Source: an uncultured Thermoleophilia bacterium (GTDB lineage: Bacteria; Actinomycetota; Thermoleophilia; UBA2241). Taken from it: a stretch of 64,000 bases of DNA. The DNA is taken from NCBI GenBank assembly GCA_963715985.1, contig CAVQSP010000011.1, positions 544,001 to 608,000 of the forward strand. The letters are read 5' to 3'. The notes beneath the pieces are model-generated. The model was not told the origin of the DNA and searched no databases. It saw nothing but the letters and a program-made list of their open reading frames with translations. The position numbers were made by a program, and so were the translations under genes. Below are positions 49,318 to 60,325 of the stretch, in pieces (positions within the stretch are counted from its first letter, which is position 1; every line of letters begins with the position of its first letter).

Positions 49318-49500
49318 CTAGCGGAGCAGCTCGAGCTCATCCCATGCGGACTCAGGCACGGTCACGAGGCGGCTTGGCGCGCCGCTCTTCGCGGGGATGC
49401 TGACGACGACAGATGCCTGCTCATCGGCATGCCCCTCGACGATGCGTCCCTCTTCGCCCTTGTAGCGGACGTGCCGGCCGATCAGGTCCTCAAGCCTCAC
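49318..49500 (-). CDS. Small hypothetical protein (~60 aa)
   Basis: GGAGG RBS and GTG; VRLEDLIGRHVRYKGEEGRIVEG...LVTVPESAWDELELLR, a beta-rich pattern. Confidence 0.5.
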   Translation of the reverse strand: MRLEDLIGRHVRYKGEEGRIVEGHADEQASVVVSIPAKSGAPSRLVTVPESAWDELELLR

Positions 49501-49664
49501 ATGGCCTCCGTTGGCGTGAAAGGAGCCCACCAGTTCGGGCGGCCGGCGGCGGCACAGCGGTGAGCGTCCTGCTTCTCAGGGTAGCACCGCTGAGCCCCAA
49601 CGCCGCGTCTCGTCGGCAGAACCTCGCGACGAAGTTCGACGCGTGCTCGAGCGTCGACCGGACA

Positions 49665-51512
49665 TCAGAGGCTGCGCCATCCCGCGGCGAGCCGTGGGAA
49701 CCGGGTCTGCGCCGCCGCGACTGCCCGGAGCGCCTCCTGGAGGTTGGCGCGGGTGAGGGGTCGCAGGGCGCCCGTGTCGATGGTGTTGTCGGGCGGGTGC
49801 CCCTCGCGAACTGCGTCGGCGTGGTGCTCCAGCTGCAGCTGTTTGATCGTCAGGTACGCCTCACGCAGCGTGCGCACGCACTCGGCACTCTCCGCGTCGA
49901 GGTCGCGGGTCGCGGCCAGACGGTCCAGGGTCGCCTGGATCGTGATGCCGCGCGACAAGGCGTGGTAGCGCGCCAGGTTCTGGATGGGCAGGAGGCCACC
50001 CTTCTTGATGTCGACCAAGGGGTCCAGCTTCTTCCGGAACCCCCCGATGGAGGGGGAGAAGTCCGAGCCGAGGCGCGAGAGCCAGTGCAGGAACTGGCGG
50101 TGCTCGGGTGCCTCACGCATGACGTCGCTCAGCGCCTGCTCCACGTACAGCCGGCCGGCCGCCTGGCGGTAGTCGAAGCACACGCTGGCGCTCATCACAC
50201 GCTTGACGTCGTTGCCTTCCAGGCAGCTCGAGAAGACCTTCCTCCAGCCGGAGAGCGTCCTGCGCCACAGCTTGACGCTGGCCAGGACGGCGTGGGAGTC
50301 GGGCTCGAAGCCGCAGCGGGTGAGGCCGCCGTTGACGTCCTCGGCCACGCGGCCGAAGTACTCATCGACGGCGGGGTCGTCGGTGTCGGCGTAGGCGAGC
50401 CCGTTGTCCTGGTCCGAGGCGAGCGTGAGCTCGTTGCGTGCGGCGCTGCCGAAGACGAGCCAGGCGTAGTCCAGCGGCGGCGCGCCGTGGCGTGCGAAGG
50501 CCAGCTCGAGGAGGCGCACGGTCAGGGAGTCGTGGAGGATCGTGAGCACCCGGCAGATCAGCGGCGCGTCGAGGCGGGCGTCGAGAAGGTCGACGAACAG
50601 CTGGGGGATGTCGGCAGCCGCCGCGACGAGCTCGTCCTCGTCGCGGGCCCGGTGCAGGGCGCGGCGCAGGGCGAACGGGTTGCGCGCCTCGAGGCTCATG
50701 AGGTCGCCGGCGGAGACCATGCCGACCACGGTGCCGTCGGGGGCGAGCACCGGCAGGTGGTTCACGCCGAAGGTCAGCATCGTGATGCCGGCCTCGGCGG
50801 CGAGGGTCTCGGCGCCGATCGTGTGCACCGGAGTCGACATGATGGCGCTCACCGGCGCCTCGCGGGAGACGCCGCCGGCGACGACCTTCTCGCGCAGGTC
50901 GACGTCGGTGACGATGCCGAGCCCCTCCCGCGTGCGCACAAGGACGGCCGAGCGGCCGTCGGCGCTCATCATCGTGGCGGCCGCGCTGATCGTGGTCTCC
51001 GGGTCGCACATCTGCGCTGCGCCGCGCACCATGGCGGTCACGGGCAGCGTCTGCACCTCCGGCAGCGGGCTCAGGGAGCGCGCCGCGTAGAGCAGCGCGT
51101 CGCGCTGGGTCGTCGCCAGCCAGCGCACCCCGTCCTCCCGGCTGAGCAGCTCGAGGCCGAGCTCGCCGGGGATGCAGTAGAGCGTGCACTCGGCGCGCGC
51201 CCGCACCGTGAAGGCCGGCGCGGTGCGCGTGAGCAGGCTGGCGTAGCCGAGGAGCTCGCCGCTCGTCATCACGGTGACCAGGTGGTCCCTGCGGAGGAGG
51301 TCGAGGGCGCCGTCGCGCAGCACCCAGAGCTGCGTGCTGGGATGGCCGCCCTCGACGATCATCGTCTCGCCGGCAGCGAGCTCGCGGTGCGTCACCGCGG
51401 CCGCGACCCGCGCGAGCTGCTCGCTGTCCAGCGTCCTGAACGCCTCGACGCCGGACAGGAAGGTCGCGATGTCCTCGAGGCTCTCGCCCTGGTCGACCGG
51501 TCTCTCGCTCAT
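49665..51512 (-). CDS. cNMP-binding / CBS / DUF294 putative nucleotidyltransferase protein
   Basis: cNMP domain (LWVLRDGAL, GELLG), CBS pair (GIVTDVDLR, NHLPV), FGSAARNELTLASDQDNGL, DIKKGGLLPI. Confidence 0.9.
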   Translation of the reverse strand: MSERPVDQGESLEDIATFLSGVEAFRTLDSEQLARVAAAVTHRELAAGETMIVEGGHPSTQLWVLRDGALDLLRRDHLVTVMTSGELLGYASLLTRTAPAFTVRARAECTLYCIPGELGLELLSREDGVRWLATTQRDALLYAARSLSPLPEVQTLPVTAMVRGAAQMCDPETTISAAATMMSADGRSAVLVRTREGLGIVTDVDLREKVVAGGVSREAPVSAIMSTPVHTIGAETLAAEAGITMLTFGVNHLPVLAPDGTVVGMVSAGDLMSLEARNPFALRRALHRARDEDELVAAAADIPQLFVDLLDARLDAPLICRVLTILHDSLTVRLLELAFARHGAPPLDYAWLVFGSAARNELTLASDQDNGLAYADTDDPAVDEYFGRVAEDVNGGLTRCGFEPDSHAVLASVKLWRRTLSGWRKVFSSCLEGNDVKRVMSASVCFDYRQAAGRLYVEQALSDVMREAPEHRQFLHWLSRLGSDFSPSIGGFRKKLDPLVDIKKGGLLPIQNLARYHALSRGITIQATLDRLAATRDLDAESAECVRTLREAYLTIKQLQLEHHADAVREGHPPDNTIDTGALRPLTRANLQEALRAVAAAQTRFPRLAAGWRSL

Positions 51513-51669
51513 GGACGCACCGCCCAGTGCTGCGTCGCGCCGGATGCCTCCACCATGCCCTGCGGCCTTCGTCTCACGGCTTCCTCCCTGAGGATCCCTG
51601 GAACAGCTTCGTCCACGCCAGCTCCGCGTGGAACGATAGTACTCCCAGCAATGGACCACGGGGGATCGC

Positions 51670-51702
51670 TCAGATGGGGGTCTCCCGTCAGATGGGGGGT
51701 CT
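51670..51702. promoter_or_regulatory. Tandem direct repeat upstream of the DUF294 gene
   Basis: TCAGATGGGGGTCT at 51670 and TCAGATGGGGGGTCT at 51688. Confidence 0.4.
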
Positions 51703-51830
51703 GCGCCCTCCCCACGCGCTCGACTCCTCGAGGGGATGGCGACGCAAGCGGCTGTGACGAGGCGTCCTGTCGGCAGTGCGCCGGCAGCGGATCGCGCCCC
51801 GTGCGATGGCGGCGCGCCAAGACTCTCGCC

Positions 51831-53714
51831 TCACATCTCGGAGGTCATGATTGGGGCCGCTGCTTGTCCACTCGCCCCACCCGCGGCCTTCACCTCGAGC
51901 GAGAGCCGCTCCTCCAGCGCGGTGAGCAGCTCCACGGCCTCCGCGCTGAGGCCCGGCTGCCTCGCGCGCCCGCGGATGACGGCGAGCAGGTCGTTGAGGG
52001 CGGCCAGGCGGTCCGCGCTCCCCGGTGTCCGTAGGGCGAAGGCGACGATGCCGTCGAGCACGCGGGGGTGGACCAGGTCCGGCCCGAGGGTGGCGAGGAC
52101 GCCGGCGCGCTCGAGCAGGTCCCGCGTGTCTGGGCGCAGGCCGCACAGCCACAGCTCGATGGCTTCACCGGCAAGACGCTGCCGCAGGTCGTCGAGGGCG
52201 TCGACCACGGGCACGTCGGCTTCCGGCGTCAGCCCCAGGTCGAGCAGGACGACCGACGGGCGCGGGTCGGCCCCCGCGACGGCCTCGACGATCTCGTCGC
52301 GCACCGCAGCGACGTTGGCGAAGAAGAGCATCTCGTCGGGACGCACGATGAGCAGGCCCGGGATCGCCGCCTCCGGCGCCGTGCGCAGATCGACCGGCTC
52401 GAGGCCGCCGCGGGCCCGGCCGAGGAAGGTGAGGCGCGGCTGGCTCGATCGCCAGACCAGCATCAGCAGCGAGACGACGACGGCGATCGCCAGCGCCGGC
52501 AGGGTAGGCATCACGAGCACGCCGGCGAGGGCGATCAGCGCCAGCCAGAAGTCGGCGCGCCGCAGCCGCCACAGCTGGCGCATCTTGCCGACCTTCATCA
52601 TCCCCGCCACGGCGACGATGACGATGGCGCCGAGCGTCGCCTCGGGGAGTGGTTCGAACAGCGGCGTCAGGAACAGGGCCACCAGGGCGGTGGCCGCCGC
52701 GGCCGTGATCAGCGAGGCGGGCGTCTTGGCTCCCGCGCGATCGTTGGCGGCCGACTTGGAGAGCGACGAGCCGATCGGAAAGCCGGAGAAGAGGCCGGCG
52801 CCCGTGTTGGCGGCGCCGAGGGCGATCAGCTCCCGGTTCGGGTCGACCTTGCCGCCGTGCAGGCGCGCGAACTCGTTGGCCGGCCCGATCGCCTCCGCGA
52901 ACGCGACCAGGGCGATCCCCAGCGCCCCGCCGAGCAACTGGGGCACGGCATCCAGGCCGACGCCCGGCAGCGAGGGGCCGGCGAGGCCGGCGGGCAGCGG
53001 GCCGACCACCGTGACGCCGTGCGCCTCGAGGCCCACCGCGACCGAGACGGCGATCGAGCCGAGGAGGACGAGCAGCGCCGCCGGGAGCTTGGGCAGCCGC
53101 CGCTCGAGCACGATCATCGCCAAGATGCAGGCCGCGCCCACCGCCAGCGTCAGCAAGTCGGCTTCCTTGACGTGCGGCAGCATGTCCCGGATCAGAGCGA
53201 TCGCGGTGTCGCCATGGGCCTCGATGCCGAGGATCTTGGGGATCTGCTTGATGGTGATCAGCAAGGCGAGCCCGAACACGAAGCCGACGAGCACCGACTG
53301 CGAGAAGAACTGGGCGATGCGCCCGAGCCTGAGGACCCCGAACGCGATAGAGACGAGGCCGGCCAGCACCGCCAGAGCGGCGGTGAGGGCGATGTACTCG
53401 GCGCTGCCGGCGGTCGCGAGCTCCGAGATCGTCGCGGCCGACATGATCGCGACGGCCGAGGAGACGGCCACCACCAGCTGGCGCGAGCTGCCCAGCACCG
53501 CGTAGGCGAGCAGCCCGATCGGCGCCGCGTAGAACGCGTACTCCGGGGGGACGCCGGCCAGCTGCGCGTACGCCATGCCCTCCGGGACGAGGATGCCGCA
53601 CACGGTGAGCCCGGCGATGACATCGAAGCGCAGCCAGCTCCGCTTGTAGCCGGGCACCCACTGGAGGATCGGCCAGGTATGCCGCGTCGCTCGCCGTGCT
53701 GAAGGCTCTGTCAT
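51831..53714 (-). CDS. SulP/SLC26 anion permease with STAS domain
   Basis: DVIAGLTV...VPEGMAYAQLAG, GSSRQL, NRELIALGAAN, SLSKSA, LFFANV STAS region. Confidence 0.95.
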   Translation of the reverse strand: MTEPSARRATRHTWPILQWVPGYKRSWLRFDVIAGLTVCGILVPEGMAYAQLAGVPPEYAFYAAPIGLLAYAVLGSSRQLVVAVSSAVAIMSAATISELATAGSAEYIALTAALAVLAGLVSIAFGVLRLGRIAQFFSQSVLVGFVFGLALLITIKQIPKILGIEAHGDTAIALIRDMLPHVKEADLLTLAVGAACILAMIVLERRLPKLPAALLVLLGSIAVSVAVGLEAHGVTVVGPLPAGLAGPSLPGVGLDAVPQLLGGALGIALVAFAEAIGPANEFARLHGGKVDPNRELIALGAANTGAGLFSGFPIGSSLSKSAANDRAGAKTPASLITAAAATALVALFLTPLFEPLPEATLGAIVIVAVAGMMKVGKMRQLWRLRRADFWLALIALAGVLVMPTLPALAIAVVVSLLMLVWRSSQPRLTFLGRARGGLEPVDLRTAPEAAIPGLLIVRPDEMLFFANVAAVRDEIVEAVAGADPRPSVVLLDLGLTPEADVPVVDALDDLRQRLAGEAIELWLCGLRPDTRDLLERAGVLATLGPDLVHPRVLDGIVAFALRTPGSADRLAALNDLLAVIRGRARQPGLSAEAVELLTALEERLSLEVKAAGGASGQAAAPIMTSEM

Positions 53715-54561
53715 CGTCGTCTCCGATCGCCCGCCGGGCTCCCGGCGTGTCCTCGTCTCAGGATCGACAGCAGGAACGAATCGATCGGCCGCCAGGTGAT
53801 GAGCAGCGAGAGCACCCCGTACGTGAACAGCAGGCTGCAGAGCGCCGTGACCAGGGGCAGGAACCCGGCGATCACGGCGGCGAGCGTGAAGACGAGGACG
53901 ACCAGCGCGATGGGAATGCCGATTGACTCGGCCCGCTCCACATCGGCGTTCTCCACCTCGGTGAGGTCGTTGGACGATTGCGAGTACCCGGTCATGTAGG
54001 CCTCGATCGCCGCCGAAGCCACAGCATCCTTGACCAGTCCTGCAGTTCGGCCGAGCGGTCGGCGCGCTGCCGGTCGTCGCCGTTCAGGCCCATCGTGGCG
54101 TAGGCCGCCGTCTTGTCCTTGGAGGTCTGGCTCTCCGCCCCGACGTCGAGCGGGCTGACCACGGCCACGACCCAGGTCTTCTTCTTGACGGCCTTGACGA
54201 CGCGGTCGATCGCGTCCTTGTACTCCTTGTCGGTGACCTTCAGCCCGTCCGAGGCGAAGACGATGATGTCCTGCTCGGCGCCGGCCGCCGTGAAGTCCGA
54301 CTGGATGATGTCGGTGACCTTGGCCGAGTCAGACCCGGTGACGCTGTAGTCGGGGGCGGACAGGTTCTTGGTAGGGTGCGGCGTGGAGAGCAAGGCCAGC
54401 ACGAGCAGCACGACCCAGAAGCCCAGCACCCACCACTTGTGACGGGCGACCCACCTGCCCCATCTCATCGAGAACGTCGGTCGTGAGCGATGAGGCGGGC
54501 GTCCCCGGTCCGGGGTCGCGTGGGTCGGCTCTGCGTTGTCGCGCGGCTGGTCCTCAGGCAC
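53711..54561 (-). pseudogene. Truncated MMPL-family transporter (N-terminal ~280 codons; frameshift near 54020)
   Basis: WGRWVARHKWWVLGFW, extracytoplasmic domain, DVERAESIGIPIALVVLVF...AGFLPL, then an abrupt end after DSFLLSI; GIDY motif and second half missing. Confidence 0.8.
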
Positions 54562-54676
54562 CGTTCCCTCCCCGACGGCGTCCCACCGCAGATGGGCCGC
54601 AATGCAGCCCCTCCAGCGGCCCTATCGAAACAGTGGTTCTCGCCCTTCAGGGCGCGAATGCGCGAGCTCCGTTCTG

Positions 54677-55291
54677 TCACTCATGAAAGGCCAGCCTCGC
54701 GACATCGCGCAGGACCTCGACCATGGCCGCCTCGACGCGGTCGTCGGGCTCGGTGTCCAGGCCGACGCCGTGCCGGATGTACCGGCCGAGCAGCGCATAG
54801 CCCACGGTGGCCGAGCTGAGGCAGGCGACGATGATGCGGGGGTCGTGCCGCCCGCGGACGGCCCCGCTCTTGAGCTCCGAGCGAAACCGCTCCAAAAGCC
54901 CGGCCATTGCCGGACTCGTGGCCGGGAGCTCGTCGAACACGCCGTCCAGTGTCGCGCGCGCGAGCGCGGCGATGAACTCCCGCTCCTGGAGCGTGGCGTG
55001 TACGACGGCCGCCGCTCCTTCGACCACGTCCGGGATCTCCTCCACGGTGGCGGCCACATGGCGTTGCGCCCGTTCCATGGCGGCGCGCATCAGATCGTGC
55101 TTCGAGCCGAAGTAGCGGTGGACGAGGGTCGGGTTCACATCGGCCTTGGCGGCGATGTCGCGCACCGTGACACGGCCGGAAGGGCGCTCGGCGAAGAGCG
55201 CCGCCGCCGCGTCGATCAGGGCCTGGCTGACATCCTCGCGCGACCGCCGCGGTCGCCTGCGGCGGGCGGCCGCGTCTTCCCCTGGCTCCAT
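54677..55291 (-). CDS. TetR-family regulator
   Basis: ALIDAAAALFAERPSGRVTVRDIAAKADVNPTLVHRYFGSK HTH; HDPRIIVA in the C-terminal domain. Confidence 0.9.
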   Translation of the reverse strand: MEPGEDAAARRRRPRRSREDVSQALIDAAAALFAERPSGRVTVRDIAAKADVNPTLVHRYFGSKHDLMRAAMERAQRHVAATVEEIPDVVEGAAAVVHATLQEREFIAALARATLDGVFDELPATSPAMAGLLERFRSELKSGAVRGRHDPRIIVACLSSATVGYALLGRYIRHGVGLDTEPDDRVEAAMVEVLRDVARLAFHE

Positions 55292-55340
55292 CGTCTGCTC
55301 CGGCTCCGTCGCGTCGGCAGAAACGAAACGCCCGTCAACG

Positions 55341-55368
55341 TTGGCATGGTACCACCGTACGGCATAAT
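55341..55368 (+). promoter_or_regulatory. Candidate housekeeping-sigma promoter for the HAD-sulfatase operon
   Basis: TTGGCA-16 nt-CATAAT in an AT-enriched divergent intergenic region. Confidence 0.4.
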
Positions 55369-55597
55369 GTAGTCGTTCGTGTACTTCTCCCGACGCGACC
55401 GCCGTGCGCGCTCGGAGAAGCGCTTCGTGACCGCGGGGGCGAGGTCCCATCGGTGTCGAGGCTGAAGCGACCGGGTGTCTGCTGAAGCGCGGGTCATCGG
55501 CGTCGGCCGTGCACGCGGTGACCAGGTCTTCGCAGGCCTGCCTGGTCACGCCTGGACCGGGCGAGCGCGGGCGCTTCTGAGACGAAGGAGTCTGCAC

Positions 55598-56477
55598 ATG
55601 AAGGACGACGCAACTCTCCCCAGCTGGAACGACGGACCCGCACAGGCCGCCATCCTCGAGTTCGTCCGCTCCGTGACGACACCCGGAGTCTCCTTCGTAC
55701 CTCCTCCCGAACGCATCGCGACGTTCGACAACGACGGCACCCTCTGGTGCGAGAAGCCCCTCTACATCCAAGCCGATTTCGTCTTCCGTCGCTTTATGGA
55801 GATGGTCGCGCGAGGACCCCGAGCGGGCGAACGAGCAGCCGTACAAGGCCGTGGTCGAGGGCGACCGCGAGTGGCTCATGGACATCTACGCGCACGTCCC
55901 CGAGTTGCTCAAGGGCGTGACCGAGGCCTACAAGGGCATCACCGTCGAAGCCTTCGAGGCAGCCGTCTGCGACTTCTTCGAGTCCGCACGCCACCCGACC
56001 CTACAGGTGCCCTACACCCAGGTGACGTACCGGCCGATGCGCGAGCTGATCGCCTTGCTGGCGGCCCACGACTTCCAGGTCTATGTCTGCTCGGCCGGCG
56101 GCCGCGACTTCGTGCGACCGGTGTCGGAACAGCTCTACGGTATCCCGCGGGAGCGCGTCATCGGCTCGGCGACCACACTCGAGTACCGCGACGGCGACCT
56201 GTATCGGGCGGCCGGCGTGGAGCAGCCCATCGACGACGGGCCCGGGAAGCCGGTGCACATCTGGACGCGTACCGGACGCAAGCCGCTGCTCGCCGGCGGC
56301 AACGCCGACGGCGACGTCGCGATGCTGGAGACCGCTCGCTTCGCGCTCCTCGTGCACCACGACGACGAGGAGCGCGAGTTCGCCTACGACGAGGGCGCCG
56401 AGCAGGCGCTCGCCGCCGCCAAAGCTCATGGCTGGACCGTGGTCAGTGTGAAGGAGGACTTCAGGACGGTCTTCTGA
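55598..56477 (+). CDS. HAD-superfamily hydrolase (frameshift near 55812)
   Basis: AAGGAG RBS; LPSWNDGPA, motif I TFDNDGTLWCEKP, VCSAGG, GPGKP, AGGNADGD, LVHHDDEEREFAY. Confidence 0.85.
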
Positions 56478-56542
56478 CCGACCTGAGCGGTATGGCCGCA
56501 GGAGACCAGCAGCGCACACGAGGACAGGAGGAGTGATGGGAC

Positions 56543-58905
56543 ATGGGTGAGCCATTCAAGGGAGTCATCAACGTCGACATCCGCGACTCGACGCCGGACT
56601 GGGCGCCGTTCGAATCGCCGAAGGCGCCGGACGGGGCGCCCAACGTCGTCTACATCGTGCTCGACGACGTCGGCTTCTCGGCGATGTCGTGCTACGGCGG
56701 CCCGATCCCGACGCCCAACATCGACAAGATCGCCGCCGAGGGCGTGCGCTACACGCAGTGGCACACCACAGCGCTCTGCTCGCCGACCCGCTCCTGCCTG
56801 CTGACCGGGCGCAACCACAGCCGCAACAGCATGGCCTGCATCACCGAGGGCGCGATCGGGTTCCCGAACGGCAGCGGCACGATCCCGCCCGAGAACGGCA
56901 TGCTCTCGGAGATCCTCGGCGAGCTGGGCTGGAACACCTACATGGTCGGCAAGTGGCACCTCTGCCCCACGCACGAGATGAACCTGGCCGCGCCGCGCCG
57001 CAACTGGCCGTCAGCGGCCGCGGCTTCGAGCGCTGGTACGGCTTCCTCGGCGCCGAGACCAACCAGTGGTATCCCGAGCTCGTCTACGACAACCACCCGG
57101 TCGACCAGCCGAAGTCGCCGGAGGAGGGCTACCACCTCACCGAGGACATCACCGACAAGGCGCTCGAGTTCATCAAGGACGCCAAGGCGATCGCCCCGGA
57201 CAAGCCCTTCTTCCTCTACTACGCGCCCGGCGCCTGCCACGCGCCGCACCACGCGCCCCGGGAGTGGATCGACAAGTTCAAGGGCCAGTTCGACATGGGC
57301 TACGAGGCGATGCGCGAGCAGACCCTCGCCCGCCAGAAGGAGATGGGCCTGGTCCCGCCCGACACCGAGCTGCCGCCGGTGAACCCGATCGGCACACCGG
57401 CGACGCACAGGGGACCGAAGGGACAGCCGTTCGCGCAGTACGACGAGACGAAGCCATGGGACACGCTGTCGGAGGGTGAGAAGCGGCTCTTCTCGCGCAT
57501 GGCCGAGGTCTACGCGGGCTTCCTCGCCCACACGGACTACCACATCGGAAGGCTGATCGACTACTTGGAGGAGACCGGGCAGCGCGAGAACACCATCGTC
57601 CTCCTGGTCTCCGACAACGGCGCCAGCGGCGAGGGCGGCCCCGTCGGATCGGTGAACGAGAGCCTGCTCTTCAACGGCATGCCCGACGATCTCGAGACAC
57701 AACCTGGCGATGCTGGACGAGCTGGGCGGCGCCAAGACCTACGGCCACTACCCCAACGGCTGGGCAATGGCCTTCAACACGCCGTTCAAGCTGTGGAAGC
57801 GCTACAACTTCAACGGCGGCACCGCCGACCCGTGCCTCATCTCGTGGCCGGCGGGCATGAAGGCGAAGGGCGAGATCAGGGAGCAGTACCACCACGCGAT
57901 CGACATCGTGCCGACGATCCTCGACTGCCTCGGCGTCGAGGCTCCGGAGACCATCAAGGGCCACGTGCAGAGCCACTTCGACGGCGTCAGCATGCGCTAC
58001 AGCTTCGACGACGCCGACGCGTGAGGGGGCGCGGAAGACGCAGTTCTACTCGATGCTCGGCCAGCGCGGCATCTGGCACGAGGGCTGGAAGGCCGTCACC
58101 ACCCATCCGCCGCTCAGCGGCTGGGGCGAGTTCAACGCCGACGAGTGGGAGCTCTACCACACCGACGTCGACCGCGCGGAGCTGCACGAACCTGGCGGCC
58201 GAGCAGCCCGACAAGGTCCGCGAGCTGGTGAACCTCTGGTTCGCCGAGGCCGGGCGGAACGATGCCTTCCCGCTGGACGACCGCGTCCTGCTCGAGATCG
58301 CGCTCACGGAGCGGCCGCAGCTCTCGGCGCCGCGCGAGAAGTACATCTACTACCCGGACATCGCCGAGGTCCCCGAGAAGCAGTCCGTCAACATCCGCAA
58401 CCGCTCCTACTCCCTCGGCGCGCTCGTCGATATCCCGGCGCCGGGTGCGGAGGGGGTGCTGTTCGCCCACGGCGCGCGCTTCGGCGGGCACGCCCTCTAC
58501 GTGAAGGACGACAGGCTGCACTACGTCTACAGCTTCGTGGGCCTGATGGAGCAGAAGATCGACGCCCTCGAGGACATCCCCACGGGCGAGAATGTGATCC
58601 TGGCCGCGTCCTTCGAGAAAGACGGCGAGGATCCGCCCGGCGTCGCCACCGGCATCCTGTCGCTCTACTACGGCGACAGAAAGGTCGGCGAGGGTCGCAT
58701 CAAGACCCAGCCTGGGGAGTTCGCCATCGCCGGTGAGGGGCTCTGCGTGGGGCGGGACAGCGGCGCCCCCGTCACCGACGACTACCCCGGCGAGTCCCCC
58801 TACCGATTCACCGGGGGCGCCATCAAGCAGGTAAGAGTCAACGTCAGCGGTAAGCCGTACTTCGATCTGGAGCGTGAGGCGCAGGCGATGCTGATGCGCG
58901 AGTGA
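56543..58905 (+). CDS. Formylglycine-dependent arylsulfatase, AtsA/AtsD-like (about 4 frameshifts)
   Basis: PNVVYIVLDDVGF, sulfatase signature LCSPTRSCLLTGR, VGKWHL, CHAPHH, VSDNGAS, NTPFKLWKR, WELY, and a C-terminal LamG-like region; shifts near 57010, 57700, 58020 and 58188. Confidence 0.9.
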
Positions 58906-59142
58906 ACGATGTGGAGGGGACGGTAGGCGACGATGTGGTCAGGACAGGAGACACAGACCGTACTCGTGACGTGGCAAGGAAATCGAAGGGCTGAAGTCGC
59001 TCGACCCGTCCAAGTCGAACGCCCAGGAGGACGCCCACGCGCATCGATTGGCGCCGGGCCCACACCGGCTAGGGAAGCGCGGGCCTGTGGGCGCCGCGTC
59101 ACGAGGCCGCCCTGAGCGGCAGAAGACTGGAGGAGGAGGACC

Positions 59143-60255
59143 ATGCACCTCGGTCACACCCACACCGAACCGGCCCACCTGGCTATCCGCCCCGAGGACT
59201 ACACGCGCTTCAAGATCGCCCGGGGCGATATCCAGCCGCACGAGGATGGCCTGCGTCTCGACCCCGCCCCGCCGAGCGAGGAGTGGTGGTACTTCGACTC
59301 GCTCCTGGATGACGGCGCCAAGCTGGCCATCATCTTCTGCACCAAGGAAGGCTCCAGCTCCAAACAGCCCCTGGAGCCGCTCATCGAGATCGACCTTGAC
59401 CTGCCCGACGGGCGCCGGCTGATGAAGTACGGCAAGTTCAAGGCCGACGAGTTCGAGGCCGCCGTGGAGGGCTGCGACACGCGCATCGGGGAGTACTGCT
59501 TCTCCGGCGACCTGCACGAGTATCACATCACGGCCAAGGCCGAGGACGTCTCGGCCGAGGTCCGGCTCGAGGCGACGACGGAGCCTTGGCGCCCGGAGAC
59601 GGGGCACCTCGTCTTCGGCGACGACGAGGAAGCGTTCCTCGCCTGGCTGGTAGCGGTGCCCATGGGCAAGGTGACGGCCACCTACCGGATCGGCTCGGAG
59701 GTCCACGAGAGCACGGGCATGGGCTATCACGACCACAACTGGCTGAACCGGGCCTACTGCGACATGGCGCACATCATCGACCACTGGTACTGGGGACGAG
59801 GGCGCGTGGGTCCCTACTCGTTCGTCTCGGCCTACATCACGTCTGCGAAGAAGTACGGCTACACGACCATCCCGTGGTACATGCTCGCCCGCGACGGCAA
59901 GGTGATCGCTGACGACGGCGCCAAAGTCACTTTCTCGAAGACCGAAAGCGAGACCGACGAACACACCGGCAAGCCGATCCCGGACACGCTGCGCTTCGAG
60001 TACCGCGACGGGGACACGCGCTACGTCCTGTCCTTCACGCGTGAGCGCACGCTCGTGAGTCAGACCCTCATCGACTTCACGACAGGGGTGAAGAAGGTGA
60101 TGGCCGAGATGATCCGGTACCCCGGCGGCTACCTTCGCTTCTCAGGCCCTGTGAAGCTGGACTGTTACGAGGGGGACGAGGTCGTCGAGCACTACGAGGA
60201 GCCCGGATCGTTCGAAGAGACCTACTTCGCGCACCATCTCCACGGCGAACAGTAG
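59143..60255 (+). CDS. CrtC/AttH-like lipocalin-fold protein (hydroxyneurosporene synthase-like), copy 1
   Basis: GGAGGAGG RBS; EDGLR, EEWWYFDSLLDDG, GMGYHDHNW, HWYWGRG, YLRFSG. Confidence 0.75.
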   Translation: MHLGHTHTEPAHLAIRPEDYTRFKIARGDIQPHEDGLRLDPAPPSEEWWYFDSLLDDGAKLAIIFCTKEGSSSKQPLEPLIEIDLDLPDGRRLMKYGKFKADEFEAAVEGCDTRIGEYCFSGDLHEYHITAKAEDVSAEVRLEATTEPWRPETGHLVFGDDEEAFLAWLVAVPMGKVTATYRIGSEVHESTGMGYHDHNWLNRAYCDMAHIIDHWYWGRGRVGPYSFVSAYITSAKKYGYTTIPWYMLARDGKVIADDGAKVTFSKTESETDEHTGKPIPDTLRFEYRDGDTRYVLSFTRERTLVSQTLIDFTTGVKKVMAEMIRYPGGYLRFSGPVKLDCYEGDEVVEHYEEPGSFEETYFAHHLHGEQ

Positions 60256-60325
60256 GCGCGTATTCGGACCACACGGGCGCTGCGCCGGAGGCTCTCATCC
60301 CGCGGCGACAGAGAGGAGTGAACCC

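Noticed and set aside
49086-49403. Short plus-strand ORF MMSAEEEQEV... as a gene
   Set aside because: No clear RBS, no recognisable family, and it overlaps the better-supported minus-strand small ORF; possibly a remnant but unsupported.
49413-52034. Long antisense ORFs (873 aa here; also 1019-3193, 12068-13996, 51736-53505 and others)
   Set aside because: These are shadow ORFs expected opposite real genes in high-GC DNA; they are Arg/Ala/Gly-rich and lack motifs.
58022-58024. In-frame TGA in the arylsulfatase as selenocysteine or readthrough
   Set aside because: The downstream sequence continues in a different frame; deleting one G restores DAEGARKTQFY, so it is an indel.
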